From an uncultured Nitrososphaerales archaeon (GTDB lineage Archaea; Thermoproteota; Nitrososphaeria; Nitrososphaerales; Nitrososphaeraceae), in the NCBI GenBank assembly GCA_963713605.1, contig CAVQMO010000003.1, positions 192,001 through 256,000 of the forward strand: 64,000 bases of DNA. Reading direction: 5' to 3'. Below the pieces are notes generated by a model. The model made no database searches and was not told the DNA's origin. It worked only from the letters and a program-made list of their open reading frames with translations. Both the position numbers and the translations under genes were made by a program. This document shows positions 1 to 11,167 of this stretch, one piece after another. Position 1 is the first letter of the stretch; each line of letters begins with the position of its first letter.

Positions 1-1
1 G

Positions 2-292
2 GAATTCACTTATTCTGTCAACAAAAAAAGAGCTTGGGATGCCCCACAAGGATCAGGCGTTCCTGTCGGAACAGAATATCATTGGTATATTCTTGCTCAT
101 CAAAATGTCCGAAAACTGGATGCAAACAATTATGCAACTTCAATGACGGGAATCAAATACAAATTGGCGCATAAACGCGCTGGTAGTTTGAGTTGGAATA
201 CAAGTGACAATCAACAAAGAAAGCAATTAATACAAATATTGGAGGAATTAATCATTCAAGTGAAGAGCGAGATGCTCGAAGATGCTAAATAG
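2..292 (+). CDS. Conserved hypothetical protein, 5'-truncated by window edge
   Basis: Open frame from base 2 to TAG at 290-292, reading ...APQGSGVPVGTEYHWYILAHQNVRKLDANNY...KYKLAHKRA. Resembles an uncharacterised family I recall mostly from bacteria. Confidence 0.7.
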   Translation, partial: EFTYSVNKKRAWDAPQGSGVPVGTEYHWYILAHQNVRKLDANNYATSMTGIKYKLAHKRAGSLSWNTSDNQQRKQLIQILEELIIQVKSEMLEDAK

Positions 293-338
293 ATTCTAAT
301 GAAAACAACTGTACGTGTCCCTCTCACTTCATCGATCT

Positions 339-782
339 TTATTGTCCCTCTTTTCTTTTGTCTTCAACATGATTATTACCGTAATCCAATTTTGCATCAA
401 CTCGCTTCTGCAATTCATTATATCGCTCATACTTCTTACTCCACTTTGAAAGCACGAACCACTGTCTTATTCCTATCCCTAGCCATATAAGAGATACTAG
501 AATTGGAACAATTCGAGCTAATGCAATTTGAGGAGGAATATGCATGGCATCATCAAAACCTTCAGAGAACTCTCTATCCTCATCAAAGTGGAAAGGTGGT
601 CCAAATAATGCGAATGTTAGTGCAAATGCTATTGGTGGAATGATCATGATGGTCAGAATCATTATGATAAACATTTTCTTTGTCTTGTTTAACTGAGTGA
701 TTATTCCATCCATTATCTGAAAGATGTTCTCTCTCGAAATATCCCCTTTGTCAACCTTATCTGCTCCAGTGGGGTCAGTCAT
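339..782 (-). CDS. Two-TM membrane protein
   Basis: 147-aa ORF with two hydrophobic segments; downstream of a wHTH gene. Confidence 0.75.
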   Translation of the reverse strand: MTDPTGADKVDKGDISRENIFQIMDGIITQLNKTKKMFIIMILTIMIIPPIAFALTFALFGPPFHFDEDREFSEGFDDAMHIPPQIALARIVPILVSLIWLGIGIRQWFVLSKWSKKYERYNELQKRVDAKLDYGNNHVEDKRKEGQ

Positions 783-875
783 ATCGAATATTATCCCTGT
801 CGTAATATAAGAAATGCAGTAACTTTGTTACGTTATGCCTACCTAATTCGTCAGACATCGTCTTACCGTAAACTA

Positions 876-1169
876 TCATCTGTCAGTCTCACTCCTTGGA
901 AAAAACTCTTCATATGGTTCTAGAATCTCTCTGAGTATCTGCCTTCCTTTTTCTGAAGCCCTGTATTTTATTATTGTTTTATTTCCCCATGGTTCTTCTG
1001 TCCTTAATATTATTTCCTTTTTGACCATCTCTTCAATTATTTCCCTATGTTTAACATTATTTAAGCCACAATAGCTCATGAGTTTGCTTTGATTGAGCTC
1101 ACCATATTCGTAAAGTTTCAATAGAACATCTTTCCTTATGTAGATCCTATCTCTATATTCGTGGACCAA
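876..1169 (-). CDS. Winged helix-turn-helix transcriptional regulator
   Basis: LNQSKLMSYCGLN helix-turn-helix and Y..SEKGR wing motif typical of archaeal wHTH proteins. Confidence 0.75.
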   Translation of the reverse strand: MVHEYRDRIYIRKDVLLKLYEYGELNQSKLMSYCGLNNVKHREIIEEMVKKEIILRTEEPWGNKTIIKYRASEKGRQILREILEPYEEFFPRSETDR

Positions 1170-1416
1170 GATGACTCAAATGCAGTGGTGTTCATTACGA
1201 ATGATATGATTTTAGATACCATAAACTAGATCAGACATGAGTTGTGAAAATAGTGCATATGGAAATAAGGACAAGTTTGATTCAGCTCGGAGGATAATCT
1301 TTTATTGTATGGTGCTGCACATATAACATTTTCTGCTACTGCCTAATATGATGTTGGTTATGTCGGACAACTGGTAATCGAACAATCAGTGAGTCTGTTC
1401 AATGAGCTATGATTTA

Positions 1417-1965
1417 CTACACTGTTGTTGTTTTGACAAACACTAGAATTCTGCCATTGATCTTGTTCCGAAACTTCAACGCCGAAGTAGACTTGGTTAA
1501 CAAGGCATTAACTTCTTCGTCCCCAAGTTTATGATCAATCACGGTGAGAATGCCGTCTGATTTAAGTACTCTGTCCAGTTCTCTTATGATTTTAGATGGG
1601 TTATGGAAATCATGAAGCACATAGAATAGCAAGATTATATCGATGCTTGAATCTGGCAAATCTGTCTTATCCGCAGTTAGAATAGTTTTGATGTTTTTGA
1701 ATCCTCTCTTCGATGCAGATTTCCGTACGTGTTCTAATGCAAGTGGATGTATATCTGCTGCAAACACCGTTCCATCTATGCATACTATTTCTGCAGCAGC
1801 TAACGTGAAGCTACCTGGTCCACACCCATAGTCTAGAATTGATATACCATTTTTAATACCTTCTATCTTGTTCAGGATCTTCCTTGGTCTAAGGAATGCA
1901 TCCCGAAATTTCAATATAAGTTGCATAGATTTGAAACTGAGTGTGCTCATGGGCCTGTCAGACAA
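1417..1965 (-). CDS. Class I SAM-dependent methyltransferase
   Basis: ILDYGCGPG motif I, ADI motif, ELDRVLKSDG. Confidence 0.9.
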   Translation of the reverse strand: MSDRPMSTLSFKSMQLILKFRDAFLRPRKILNKIEGIKNGISILDYGCGPGSFTLAAAEIVCIDGTVFAADIHPLALEHVRKSASKRGFKNIKTILTADKTDLPDSSIDIILLFYVLHDFHNPSKIIRELDRVLKSDGILTVIDHKLGDEEVNALLTKSTSALKFRNKINGRILVFVKTTTV

Positions 1966-2950
1966 TTAATTGAAATCTCTCCCTCTGTTTATCTACATGT
2001 ACAGATAGAAGATCAGCATGCAAATCAACCCTTTTTCTACCCTCAAACTTCTTTACATTGATCTGACTGCAATAATTTCGGTGTCGATAATATCCAATCC
2101 ACCGTCTTCAAAGCATTATCCAGTTGAAAGGACTTCATGGCACTCATCATTATGTTTTAAAATATGTTGACAAAATATCCCTTCCATCTCCGAGATCAGC
2201 TCATGAATCTTATTAGTAATTTGAAGCTGAACAGGGACCCATTGTGTCAGCATCAATGTCCTGCTCCGCTTCCATTCTGTCTAAATTTGCTCATGAAGTA
2301 ATATAGTCACAACAACAATTTAAAAACATGTAAGGGAGTGAAAGTATAGTGAATTTATTCTGTGATCTTTGTTCCAACTCCTTGCGCAATTCTTCAGTAA
2401 GGGTTAGGATTTCCTGAGGTCTTCCAATATACTGGACCCTTGAATTTTGAAATGCGGTTATGAACCAATGGCCTGTATTAGGGTCATCTTCAGTACTGTG
2501 ATATGTATTGAGGTTCGTTCGGGTTCAATCTTCGTTTGCCTACCCATTATGTTTCAACTAGCTGCATGCATCATTTTTTTCCATTTTTAATCTATCATAA
2601 GAAGTTTTTGACAAAAAGTTAATGAGAGCATACATACACATTTCAGACAAATTGTGCTAAAATTTGTTTTTCTTAAGTATCATAAATGGTCAGATCAGTT
2701 GGCGAGTATTGTGCTTGCAAATGCATTGTAGCAAACCGAATTTGGTATCAAATTCATCATACTTTCAATCTTTGAATTCTCTGCCTAATACGGTTGTTTT
2801 TCAGTGTCCAGAACCAGCTATTCGCCTTATCTAAATTAGCTTAACTCTGAACAGCCATTAGAACCAGATTAGAGCCGTCAGCAGGAGATCGATAAATCTC
2901 TGATCCTTGTCGAACCAAGACAATCATAAATTTTTGGAAATTATCCTCTA

Positions 2951-3496
2951 TTAAATTGCATCCGTCTTATATGATTCATTACTTTGAGAAAAAGTATTGA
3001 AGGATTTATAGGTTTTAGTCCAATAGTAACCCCACGCATTTTCATATTGCAAAAACTGCTCATAATACAATGAAAATAGCCTACTTGACAACGAGAAGAT
3101 ATCTGCGCTTAATCTGGCAAATGAATACCAGGATTTTCCAATAATATCTGAAATTGCATACGAAGGATAATTTTCAGAATGAAAGATATCTTTTTCATCG
3201 CTAATCTCCCTGTCAATTGCCTTGACATCTTGAGTCGGCGATGATTTATTTGATGGTGCCATGTCACGTTGCATTGGGTCTTGAGGTTTAGCTGCGATAT
3301 TCTGGGAGTCATCTTTATTATCAATCGATTCATCATCAGTTACAAGAGAATTTGCATTTACGCAATCTACATGAACCTTTACTTCTGTGACAAATCCACA
3401 GGAAGAACATTTAAAGGTCAATGGTTCTTTGCATAATTCGCAGTATGAAAATGGATCAATTGTTGATCCACATTTGATACAAATAGTAGCGCCCAA
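2951..3496 (-). CDS. Zn-ribbon hypothetical protein
   Basis: Three N-terminal CxxC pairs plus HxxC. Confidence 0.65.
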   Translation of the reverse strand: MGATICIKCGSTIDPFSYCELCKEPLTFKCSSCGFVTEVKVHVDCVNANSLVTDDESIDNKDDSQNIAAKPQDPMQRDMAPSNKSSPTQDVKAIDREISDEKDIFHSENYPSYAISDIIGKSWYSFARLSADIFSLSSRLFSLYYEQFLQYENAWGYYWTKTYKSFNTFSQSNESYKTDAI

Positions 3497-3512
3497 TGCG
3501 ACACTTTATTAG

Positions 3513-4393
3513 TTGTACTTACTAAAGTGTCTTCCTGACGACATGCAGGTAGTGCAGCATGATAAAATCACAAAAAGCAATCATCAGATAACCAACGAGT
3601 ACTTGGATGCAATGAAGGTAGAGATTAACTTGAGTCTTAATTACAAATCCATAATTTTAAACACATTAACCAAGTTGTCTCAATTTCACAATGATAAGAC
3701 CTTTGTAAAAATTACAAATAATGATATTATTACATACCTTAATTCCCTTAGGAAACCTGAAAATGCAGATCCATTGCACAGATGGATAGGAACCTACAAT
3801 CTACATCTTACGACTCTTACTAGATTCTTCAAATGGTTGTACAGTCCAGAGCTAGAAGCAAAAAAAAGACCAAAACCTGTAGTAGTGCAAAATATTCCTT
3901 TACTAAGAAGAAAAGAAGTGTCAAGTTACAAACCAACAGATTTATGGACCGTAGCTGACGACCAAACATTTCTAAAATGGTACCCAAACGTGAGAGACAG
4001 ATGTTACCATGTCATCGCCAGAGATCTATCTGCTCGACCACATGAAATATTGGGGCTTAAGATTAAGGATTCAAGACGGCTGGCAACAACCAGTACGCAG
4101 AAGTCTTGGTGAACGGCAAGACAGGAACCAGGAATCTGCCATTAATTGAATCTTTACCATACGTCAAGGAATGGTTAGATCAGCACCCTCAACGCAACAA
4201 TCCAAATGCCTATTTCATTTGCAGTATGGACAGAAAGAAAGTTGGCAAACAGTTGTCCAGGTATGACGGTGTGACGGAGTGGTTATGGCAAATTGGCAAA
4301 AAATATTTCTTCCGGGCAAGAAAACATCTGTCATACCATCACACATGTCACACACAAATTGAAGAACATTACTCCGATGAGGGATTTGGTTAG
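3513..4393 (+). pseudogene. Tyrosine recombinase/integrase, frameshifted and C-terminally truncated
   Basis: SAM-like N-domain, RD...ARPHEILGLKIKD box I, then GKTGTR...LPYVKEWLDQHP in a second frame. No HxxR box or catalytic Tyr region. Confidence 0.85.
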
Positions 4394-4744
4394 AAAGTAG
4401 TCAATTGAAATAGAATCTCGGTTGATAGGAGCTTAAATGGGATAATACATTTGACTACAAGCGATTTGTTAAATAGGAATAAGCAACGCATAGCCAGAAG
4501 CTCCAGAATGGTGTTATATGATGATTATGGAACAATATGCCCATAATTATTTATGTAATGCACAGAAAAGACTAGTATCGACGCAACACACAAAATTGTA
4601 GGAGTATGGTTGAAAACTGATGTGGAATAGGACATATTAAATGCATTAAGTGGGCTACTCGATATCATTAAACACAATGATAGTTGGTCCAATAGAATAT
4701 ATTAAATAGTCCAACTACTATAATGAAAGTAGGAGATTAAATAA

Positions 4745-4987
4745 ATGCTCAGAAACCTTGTTCATATCAATGTTCCGACAAAGTTATATGATATAATAGA
4801 AGAATTAGTAGTCAAAAGTGGAATGTATAGGAGTGTACCAGAGTTTGCATTAGAATGCATGAGGAACAAGATGTATGACTTAAGGGGACAAAGAATAGAA
4901 AGGCAAAAACTGCATATTTATTTTAAAAGGCAAAAAGAGAAAATAACTCAATCAGCTTCTCAAAAAGCCAGTCAGCATAAAGATTAG
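4745..4987 (+). CDS. Ribbon-helix-helix (CopG-like) protein
   Basis: VHINVPTKLYDIIEELV..SGMYRSVPEF pattern. Confidence 0.7.
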   Translation: MLRNLVHINVPTKLYDIIEELVVKSGMYRSVPEFALECMRNKMYDLRGQRIERQKLHIYFKRQKEKITQSASQKASQHKD

Positions 4988-5057
4988 TTAGCTTCGAGCT
5001 GCATGTGCGTAGTAAAAAAGACTTTTTAGCTGGTAACACTGTATATTTCATTACTAA

Positions 5058-5528
5058 TTGGAAAGCGTTTCAGAACGTAAATATCTCGTAAGCAAGACAT
5101 ACAGATATGGCCATAGACGATTTAAGAAAAAGTGGTATCGTAAGAAATCTAAAGATAAGCGAGGGTTCATGAGATATTCAAGTGGTACTAAGTGGGCAGG
5201 TCAATATGATCCTTATAAGCCAGCTTTTTGGCGTGCTTATCAAGATAGGAAATGGCGTAATTATGATCAAGACGAGCTTCTACCTGGCGGATACACCCGT
5301 AATCAAACATGGATAGCCCTCTGCAAATCATGGAATGGCTTTTTACTTGCGAAACGAGAGTGCGATTACGATGATATGAGGATATACATTGGACAAATTC
5401 GAAAACTTCAGAAAGACCTATGCCTCGAACAAACTGAATTTGAAGGCTACCTACCGGCAGAGCTTGCAAATATAGACTTGGAGAAGGATGAAGAATACAT
5501 AATGGAGAGGTATGGAACTACGGTTTAG
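5058..5528 (+). CDS. Hypothetical protein, basic N-terminus
   Basis: 156-aa ORF with K/R-rich N-terminus and acidic C-terminus. Confidence 0.55.
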   Translation: MESVSERKYLVSKTYRYGHRRFKKKWYRKKSKDKRGFMRYSSGTKWAGQYDPYKPAFWRAYQDRKWRNYDQDELLPGGYTRNQTWIALCKSWNGFLLAKRECDYDDMRIYIGQIRKLQKDLCLEQTEFEGYLPAELANIDLEKDEEYIMERYGTTV

Positions 5529-6460
5529 TTCAAAACTGTTTCTTATAACGATCCTCCGAAAGTGTACTAATGTGCCTGTAAGTGTTGAAACGCCTTTAAG
5601 ATTTTGAAATCTCTGACAAAGACCTCAGTATGTTTAAGCGAACCGCCTAAATTATCGTAATAGCGTACCATGTAGATGCTCTTCACAATAGTACGTTTAA
5701 TCGATTCTAAAGATCTGGTCTTTGCAAAATGCTCCTCTATTAGGGGATAAGTGATTCGTAGTCTGATAGAAATTGTTGTGTCATCATATTCTGTCATGAA
5801 GTCTACCGAGTCCTGAAGTAGGGTAAAAAATTGAATAAATATCCTATTCCGTCCAGATTCGAAAGACTGGGCTTACAACTAGACAATACTACTCCCGACT
5901 ATCACCCGAGGAAGTCTAAAGTAACAGTGACACTTTGATAAACGACTACAAAATAAAGAATATGGTTACAAGAGCATTGATCTTTTCCATAGATCAAGGA
6001 ACACATCATGTAAAACAAGAAGAAGAAGAGATTTTGATCTAATTTATCTTGATTCATTTGAATCATGGACCGGATCCGAAATATTCACTGTCAATGTTGT
6101 GTAGTTATAATACTAGCTGATTATATTCAGAACTAAGTACTCTTGGATTTATTAGAAGAGAATTAGGATTTTTCTTCTGTTAGTGGTATCCAAATGAATT
6201 CACTTAAGCCAATTCCGCAATTAAAGTCATTAGAAGAAGAATGAAAGATAAAGCCTTTGTGATAGTGATTTTTCTTTTTTTGACTACAGTTATTGCTGTT
6301 ACTCCATTGCCTGGGTGAACCGGGCCAAAATCAAAGTGATCAATCCACTGATGTGGCTACAAATTATATTTCAACTATTTCACTATTGTTTATTTCTATC
6401 TAACGTTACCAGGTAAGGCCTAACACAAAAGAACAACAAGGCGGAAGAAGATAAATATCA

Positions 6461-6868
6461 TCATTTCAATTCGCGCTCAATGCTTAAAAAATTCCCTGCC
6501 GCATCTATTTCAAGCTGAAAAAAGGATAAAATATTGTTAAGAAACGCTAATCTACCAGTAGAGTCTGTGCTGTATACTGCCGAGCCTCGAAATACCGGAT
6601 TTCCTTCCTCGGTTATTCCAACTGCTAAAAAGGTATAACTTGCCTTTTCAGTACCGTCCTTGGTCATTATTACTCCTTGTCCCTGGGCATGTGTAACCTT
6701 ATTGTCTTTGGAAATACTAACAAAATCTCCTTTGTTGATCACCTCGATGTTTCCTTTCAGTATTCCTTCGGCTGAAAACATCGACTGTGATCTGTTACCA
6801 CCAATTTCTTGCTGGTCCGTTACCCTTCCCTTTTCTTCAAAAAACGGCTCTTCTGATTCATATATCAT
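6461..6868 (-). CDS. Conserved hypothetical beta-rich protein
   Basis: 135-aa ORF; GQGVIMTKDG and STDSTGRLAFLNN resemble a family I recall from Nitrososphaeraceae. Confidence 0.7.
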   Translation of the reverse strand: MIYESEEPFFEEKGRVTDQQEIGGNRSQSMFSAEGILKGNIEVINKGDFVSISKDNKVTHAQGQGVIMTKDGTEKASYTFLAVGITEEGNPVFRGSAVYSTDSTGRLAFLNNILSFFQLEIDAAGNFLSIERELK

Positions 6869-6971
6869 ATTTAATATTAAATGCTCAGAAATATAAGAAA
6901 TGATCGCTTTCTGGTCTACTAAAGATATAGGTTAAAAAAGACTTCACATCCAATGACATGGTTATCTTAGA

Positions 6972-7352
6972 GTGTTTGTTGATCTTAGGCTGATTCTTAC
7001 CAGCAAGGTAGCAGAGGAAAATGCATTTTTAGAATATGTGGAAGCTCATTATTTATCGTTCTTTCAGGAAAATTTGGAACTAGGTAATGAAAGATATGAG
7101 TACTCGTTGTTCAAAATTGAACAGATACTGGAAGAGATTAAAAACTTAATTCCCACCCAACAAATGTGTGAAGTGTATTGGCAGCGTATGGTCAAAATAA
7201 TCAAAGAAGGAGATATCAAGAATAATAAATTGGCGAATTGTATAGATGCATTTAATAATAAAAAATGCCGTCTTAGTCCTGACTGGCGAAAATGGCTCAT
7301 TACGGAAGTTACCTCACTAATGAACCTTAGGGTGACTATAACAACTGACTAA
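6972..7352 (+). CDS. Hypothetical protein
   Basis: 126-aa ORF with protein-like composition. Confidence 0.45.
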   Translation: MFVDLRLILTSKVAEENAFLEYVEAHYLSFFQENLELGNERYEYSLFKIEQILEEIKNLIPTQQMCEVYWQRMVKIIKEGDIKNNKLANCIDAFNNKKCRLSPDWRKWLITEVTSLMNLRVTITTD

Positions 7353-7392
7353 TAGCAGACCCCCCCTTTATTTTGATGGTTGGAACTGAAAA

Positions 7393-7653
7393 ATGCAGCA
7401 TCAAGCGGCAAGGACTAAAATTTATGATGTTACAGAAGGCCTTAGGACAGATAAGACAAGAGAAGAATATTGCAGAGCATTCAACGCATTCTTTCGTTAT
7501 ACTAATCTCGCCAGTAAAGAGGAATTACTGAAACAGGATCCTCAGGACATAGAGGAGTTTATAATCGAATATCTTACTGAATACCTGCTCAAGCAGAGAC
7601 ATCTAAAGTATTCTTCCATCACTTTGCACAAGGCGCAATTTGATTTAAAGTAA
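7393..7653 (+). pseudogene. N-terminal (SAM-like) fragment of a second tyrosine integrase
   Basis: LRTDKTREEYCRAFNAFFRY...IEEFIIEYL...LKYSSI pattern; runs into the 3' end of the convergent TPR gene. Confidence 0.55.
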
Positions 7654-8497
7654 CCAGCGTCTGCTGTTTACCTTTTATTGCATCGATGTTATCTGGATCT
7701 ATGGCTAAAGCTTTGTCATAGTAAATGATCGCCAGTTTATAATTTCCAATCTTATCAAGGAAATTAGCTTTGTTAGTTAAGTCAGGAATATATCTTGGAT
7801 CTGTGGCCTTAGCCTTGTCATAATAGAAAACAGCTTGCGTATGATTTCCCAGTTTGTCAAGTGCATATCCCTTGCCAATCATTGCAAGAACATGCTTTGG
7901 ATCTAGAGCTAATGCCTTGTCAAAATATGTTATCGCATCTGAATAATTTTCTAAAGCCTCAAGAGCATTTCCTTTGTCATATGAAGCAAAAACTATGGTT
8001 GGATCTATAGCTAAGGCCCTATCGTAGTAACCAATAGCATCAGTATAGTTTCCTAAATGATAGAAAGCTACACCTTTATTATCTAGTACAGTAGCATTCT
8101 TCGGATCCACAGCTAGAGCGTTGTCATAATTGGCAATAGCCTGTGTGTAATTTCCTAGTCCACCAAAAGCATTACCTTTCTCATTTAACGCAAGAACATT
8201 CTTTGGATCTATAGCCAGAGCCCAGTCAAAGTAGACAATTGATTCATTAAACTTACCTAAACCATTAAGCGATACACCTTTACTGTTTAGAACTGGTAAT
8301 TCATCTAATGTTGCATTAGTAGTAGCATTCGCTGCTGTTGAAGATAATGGCGCAGGCGATGGTGTTGATGATGACATTCCTAGTGCCACCAATATTATGG
8401 AAGAAAAACAGTAAAGTGACGATACTCCTAGTACAATAACAAATGATAACGATGATAGCCGTTTCATTCTAACCATTTTGGGAATAGGAAGAAGCAT
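7619..8497 (-). CDS. Secreted or anchored tetratricopeptide-repeat protein
   Basis: N-terminal hydrophobic segment; about six 34-aa TPRs (KG..L..LG.Y..AI.YYDKALAIDP). Confidence 0.9.
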   Translation of the reverse strand: MLLPIPKMVRMKRLSSLSFVIVLGVSSLYCFSSIILVALGMSSSTPSPAPLSSTAANATTNATLDELPVLNSKGVSLNGLGKFNESIVYFDWALAIDPKNVLALNEKGNAFGGLGNYTQAIANYDNALAVDPKNATVLDNKGVAFYHLGNYTDAIGYYDRALAIDPTIVFASYDKGNALEALENYSDAITYFDKALALDPKHVLAMIGKGYALDKLGNHTQAVFYYDKAKATDPRYIPDLTNKANFLDKIGNYKLAIIYYDKALAIDPDNIDAIKGKQQTLVTLNQIAPCAK

Positions 8498-8759
8498 TTA
8501 AAGTTTCAGAAGAATGCTACTAAATAACGCTGTAAGTATAAGGAGGTAGCGAGCTTACTCAACGGGCATAATTTTTAGTTATTGGTGATCACCAGTGTTG
8601 TTAATTACCCGCATGAACAAAAAAGGAAAAAGAGACTGAATGCCAGCCCCGAATTCGTTTACGCGGCTCTTTTCTATCTACCAATGTATTTTCAGTTATG
8701 GATTATAACGGTTATTGATAGAGCTGGTTTTGGTGTCGATTATCCACAGTCATGGTTAA

Positions 8760-9028
8760 TAGCTCCCACTGAAGCTGACAATATGGCGGCTGTGCAGAAG
8801 CCAACTAATCAGTCAATTCTTGCTGAAAAATCTGGACCACCACCATGGAACAGCTGCCTACGTGGTATCAGGTGTCTGAAAGCGCTCGTATCATATCTCC
8901 TGACGTCCAGCGTACCTTTGCGCAACAAATGAATGCTACCACTCTATCACTCAACGCTAGTCATGCATCTAGTCTCGCATCGAGAAGAAATTGCCGAATT
9001 TATACTCAATGCAACTAAAGGAAAGTAA
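8760..9028 (+). pseudogene. C-terminal fragment of an alpha/beta hydrolase
   Basis: Across frames: AVQKPTNQSILAEKSGPPPW / QLPTWYQVSESARIISPDVQRTFAQQMNATTLSLNASHAS / EEIAEFILNATKGK*. Includes the catalytic His region (ASHAS). Confidence 0.65.
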
Positions 9029-9238
9029 TAATGGCTTCAAGTAGGAGAATTATCAGACACATCAGATACCTCTACGTATCGAGTGTACTATAGGATTAAC
9101 CTGCTAACAAATACTGTTTGTCCCACACTTCAAAGAGACCCGGATAAGCGGCATGGTATTAATAGCATTTTGAAGAAATATCAGATTTATTCAATTACGA
9201 TTATATAATATATTAAGATCCTAGAAAAAGCAACAATC

Positions 9239-9892
9239 ATGCACAAGCATCCCAACGTCCACTTAATTATTAGGAATACAACGCCAGATGATATTGAAAA
9301 AATCGTAGAATTGCAAAAGGAATCGTTTCCAATCCTAGCTCGATCTGACAACGTCTGGCATCCAGAGGAATTGAAAAGTCACCTTCGTATATTCCCATTA
9401 GGCCAATTTGTTGCTGTTGAAGAAGACGGAGACATTGTTGGCTCTGCCAGCACTCTTATTGTAGCTCTTAATCCGGAATATGCCGAGCACACATGGAAGG
9501 GAATTACAACAGATGGCATGTTTACCAATCATAATACTAATGGGGATAGTCTATACGGGGCAGATATATCCACACATCCAAAATTTAGACATGAAGGTAT
9601 TGGGAGTATGCTATATGGAGCGAGAAAGGAATTAGTTCTAAGATTAGGCTTGAGAAGAATGATCAGTGGAGGAAGACTATTTAACTACCAGGATTATGCA
9701 GACAAAATGTCGGCTTCTGAGTATGCTAATAAAGTAATTAGTGGAGAATTGCATGACCCTGTTCTGTCATTTGAGCTCGAAAATGGATTTAAATTTATTA
9801 AGATAATTCCGAATTATCTAGATGACGTACGCTCACACAATTGTGCCAGTTTCATTGAGTGGTTGAATCCTCAGTTCCGGTCGTATGGTTAG
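9239..9892 (+). CDS. GNAT family N-acetyltransferase
   Basis: DISTHPKFRHEGIGSMLY acetyl-CoA motif and DPVLSFELENGF. Confidence 0.9.
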   Translation: MHKHPNVHLIIRNTTPDDIEKIVELQKESFPILARSDNVWHPEELKSHLRIFPLGQFVAVEEDGDIVGSASTLIVALNPEYAEHTWKGITTDGMFTNHNTNGDSLYGADISTHPKFRHEGIGSMLYGARKELVLRLGLRRMISGGRLFNYQDYADKMSASEYANKVISGELHDPVLSFELENGFKFIKIIPNYLDDVRSHNCASFIEWLNPQFRSYG

Positions 9893-10724
9893 GGGCATCA
9901 TGAATTTCATTGATTGTCACGTTCATCTTAATAAATATGATGAGTTTGGATCAGAAGAAAAAAAGTTCATCTCACTTGAGAACAGGCTAGGTGCATTACT
10001 CCAATCCATGGAGAATAACAACATTGATTACTCAATCGTGATCTCCTCCTATCGAGTCGACTCAAACAGACCCTCTGCTTCCCAAATAATGGCCATCATA
10101 AATAAAAATGAAGCTATAAGAGATAAGATCGGAATAGTAACGGGATTTACGATTGACAACCATACTGACGAAGATCTGAAACAATACAGAACCTGGCTGA
10201 AGGATCGACTAATCATAGGCATTAAGCTGTATTGCGGATACGAGTATTATTATCCCAACGACCAGCGGTATCAAAAAGTGTACGATATGTGTATTGAATA
10301 TGGAGTTCCTGTAATGATTCATACTGGAGACGTTTATTCAAGGATGGCAAAGCTAAAGTATGCCCATCCTTTGACTATAGATGATATTGCGGTAGACAAT
10401 CCTGAGCTGAGGATAGTTATGTGTCATTTAGGAAACCCTTGGATAGCTGATTGTCAAGAAATATTATATAAGAACCGTAATGTCTATTCAGATATTTCTG
10501 GACTAGTCGTCGGGGATTTTAAGTTACATACTACTATCCGGTATGCAAGTCAAATAAATGATTTGCTAAATTATGTTGGTAAACCTCATCGTCTTTTATA
10601 TGGAAGTGACTGGCCCATTTGCAATATGCACTCCTACATCGCATTTGTTCAGGAGCTAAAACTTGATGAGGATTCCTATGATTTAATGATGTCAAGAAAT
10701 GCGAGATATGTTTTTAGATTGTGA
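9885..10724 (+). CDS. Amidohydrolase_2 family metallo-hydrolase
   Basis: IDCHVH, VMIHTG, MCHLGNP, LYGSDWP motifs; overlaps the GNAT stop. ATG at 9900 is also possible. Confidence 0.9.
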   Translation: MVRGIMNFIDCHVHLNKYDEFGSEEKKFISLENRLGALLQSMENNNIDYSIVISSYRVDSNRPSASQIMAIINKNEAIRDKIGIVTGFTIDNHTDEDLKQYRTWLKDRLIIGIKLYCGYEYYYPNDQRYQKVYDMCIEYGVPVMIHTGDVYSRMAKLKYAHPLTIDDIAVDNPELRIVMCHLGNPWIADCQEILYKNRNVYSDISGLVVGDFKLHTTIRYASQINDLLNYVGKPHRLLYGSDWPICNMHSYIAFVQELKLDEDSYDLMMSRNARYVFRL

Positions 10725-10809
10725 TTTGGCAAAGTACTTTTGATTTAAGATCAACTTGTCTATTAAAATAGACATTCACAATAATTATATTTTATACTAT
10801 TCAAGATTT

Positions 10810-11097
10810 GGATTGGAAAAATAGTGAAACTGCAGCAGGAATCATTTCCAATTCTAGCTAGATATGGCAATATATGGCGTCCAGGAAAATTGAAGTCATC
10901 TCCAGATCTTTCCACAAGGCCGGTTCGTTGCAGTTGAGGAGGTTGGTACCATTGTAGGTTCTGCTAGTACTCTGATTATTAATCTTGATTCTGAGTATAC
11001 AGAGCATACATGGAAGGGAAATTACTGCAGATGATGTGTTTACAAACCATAGTCTAACGGAGATAGTCTATACTGAGCAGATGTATTGACCTATCCT
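10810..11097 (+). pseudogene. Degraded duplicate of the 5' half of the GNAT gene at 9239
   Basis: Aligns by eye with about 9290-9580 (gaaaaatagtgaaactgcagcaggaatcatttccaattctagct...gagcatacatggaaggga); many indels and stops. Confidence 0.8.
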
Positions 11098-11167
11098 TTC
11101 ACCAATCAAAACCATAATACAAAAGATCGTTCCAAAGATAGTGGCTGGCAGAAACCAAAGTCCAAAT

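Noticed and set aside
1990..2260. Possible NikR-like C-terminal fragment on the minus strand (QHILKHNDECHEVL)
   Set aside because: Interrupted by stops and similarity too weak to support.
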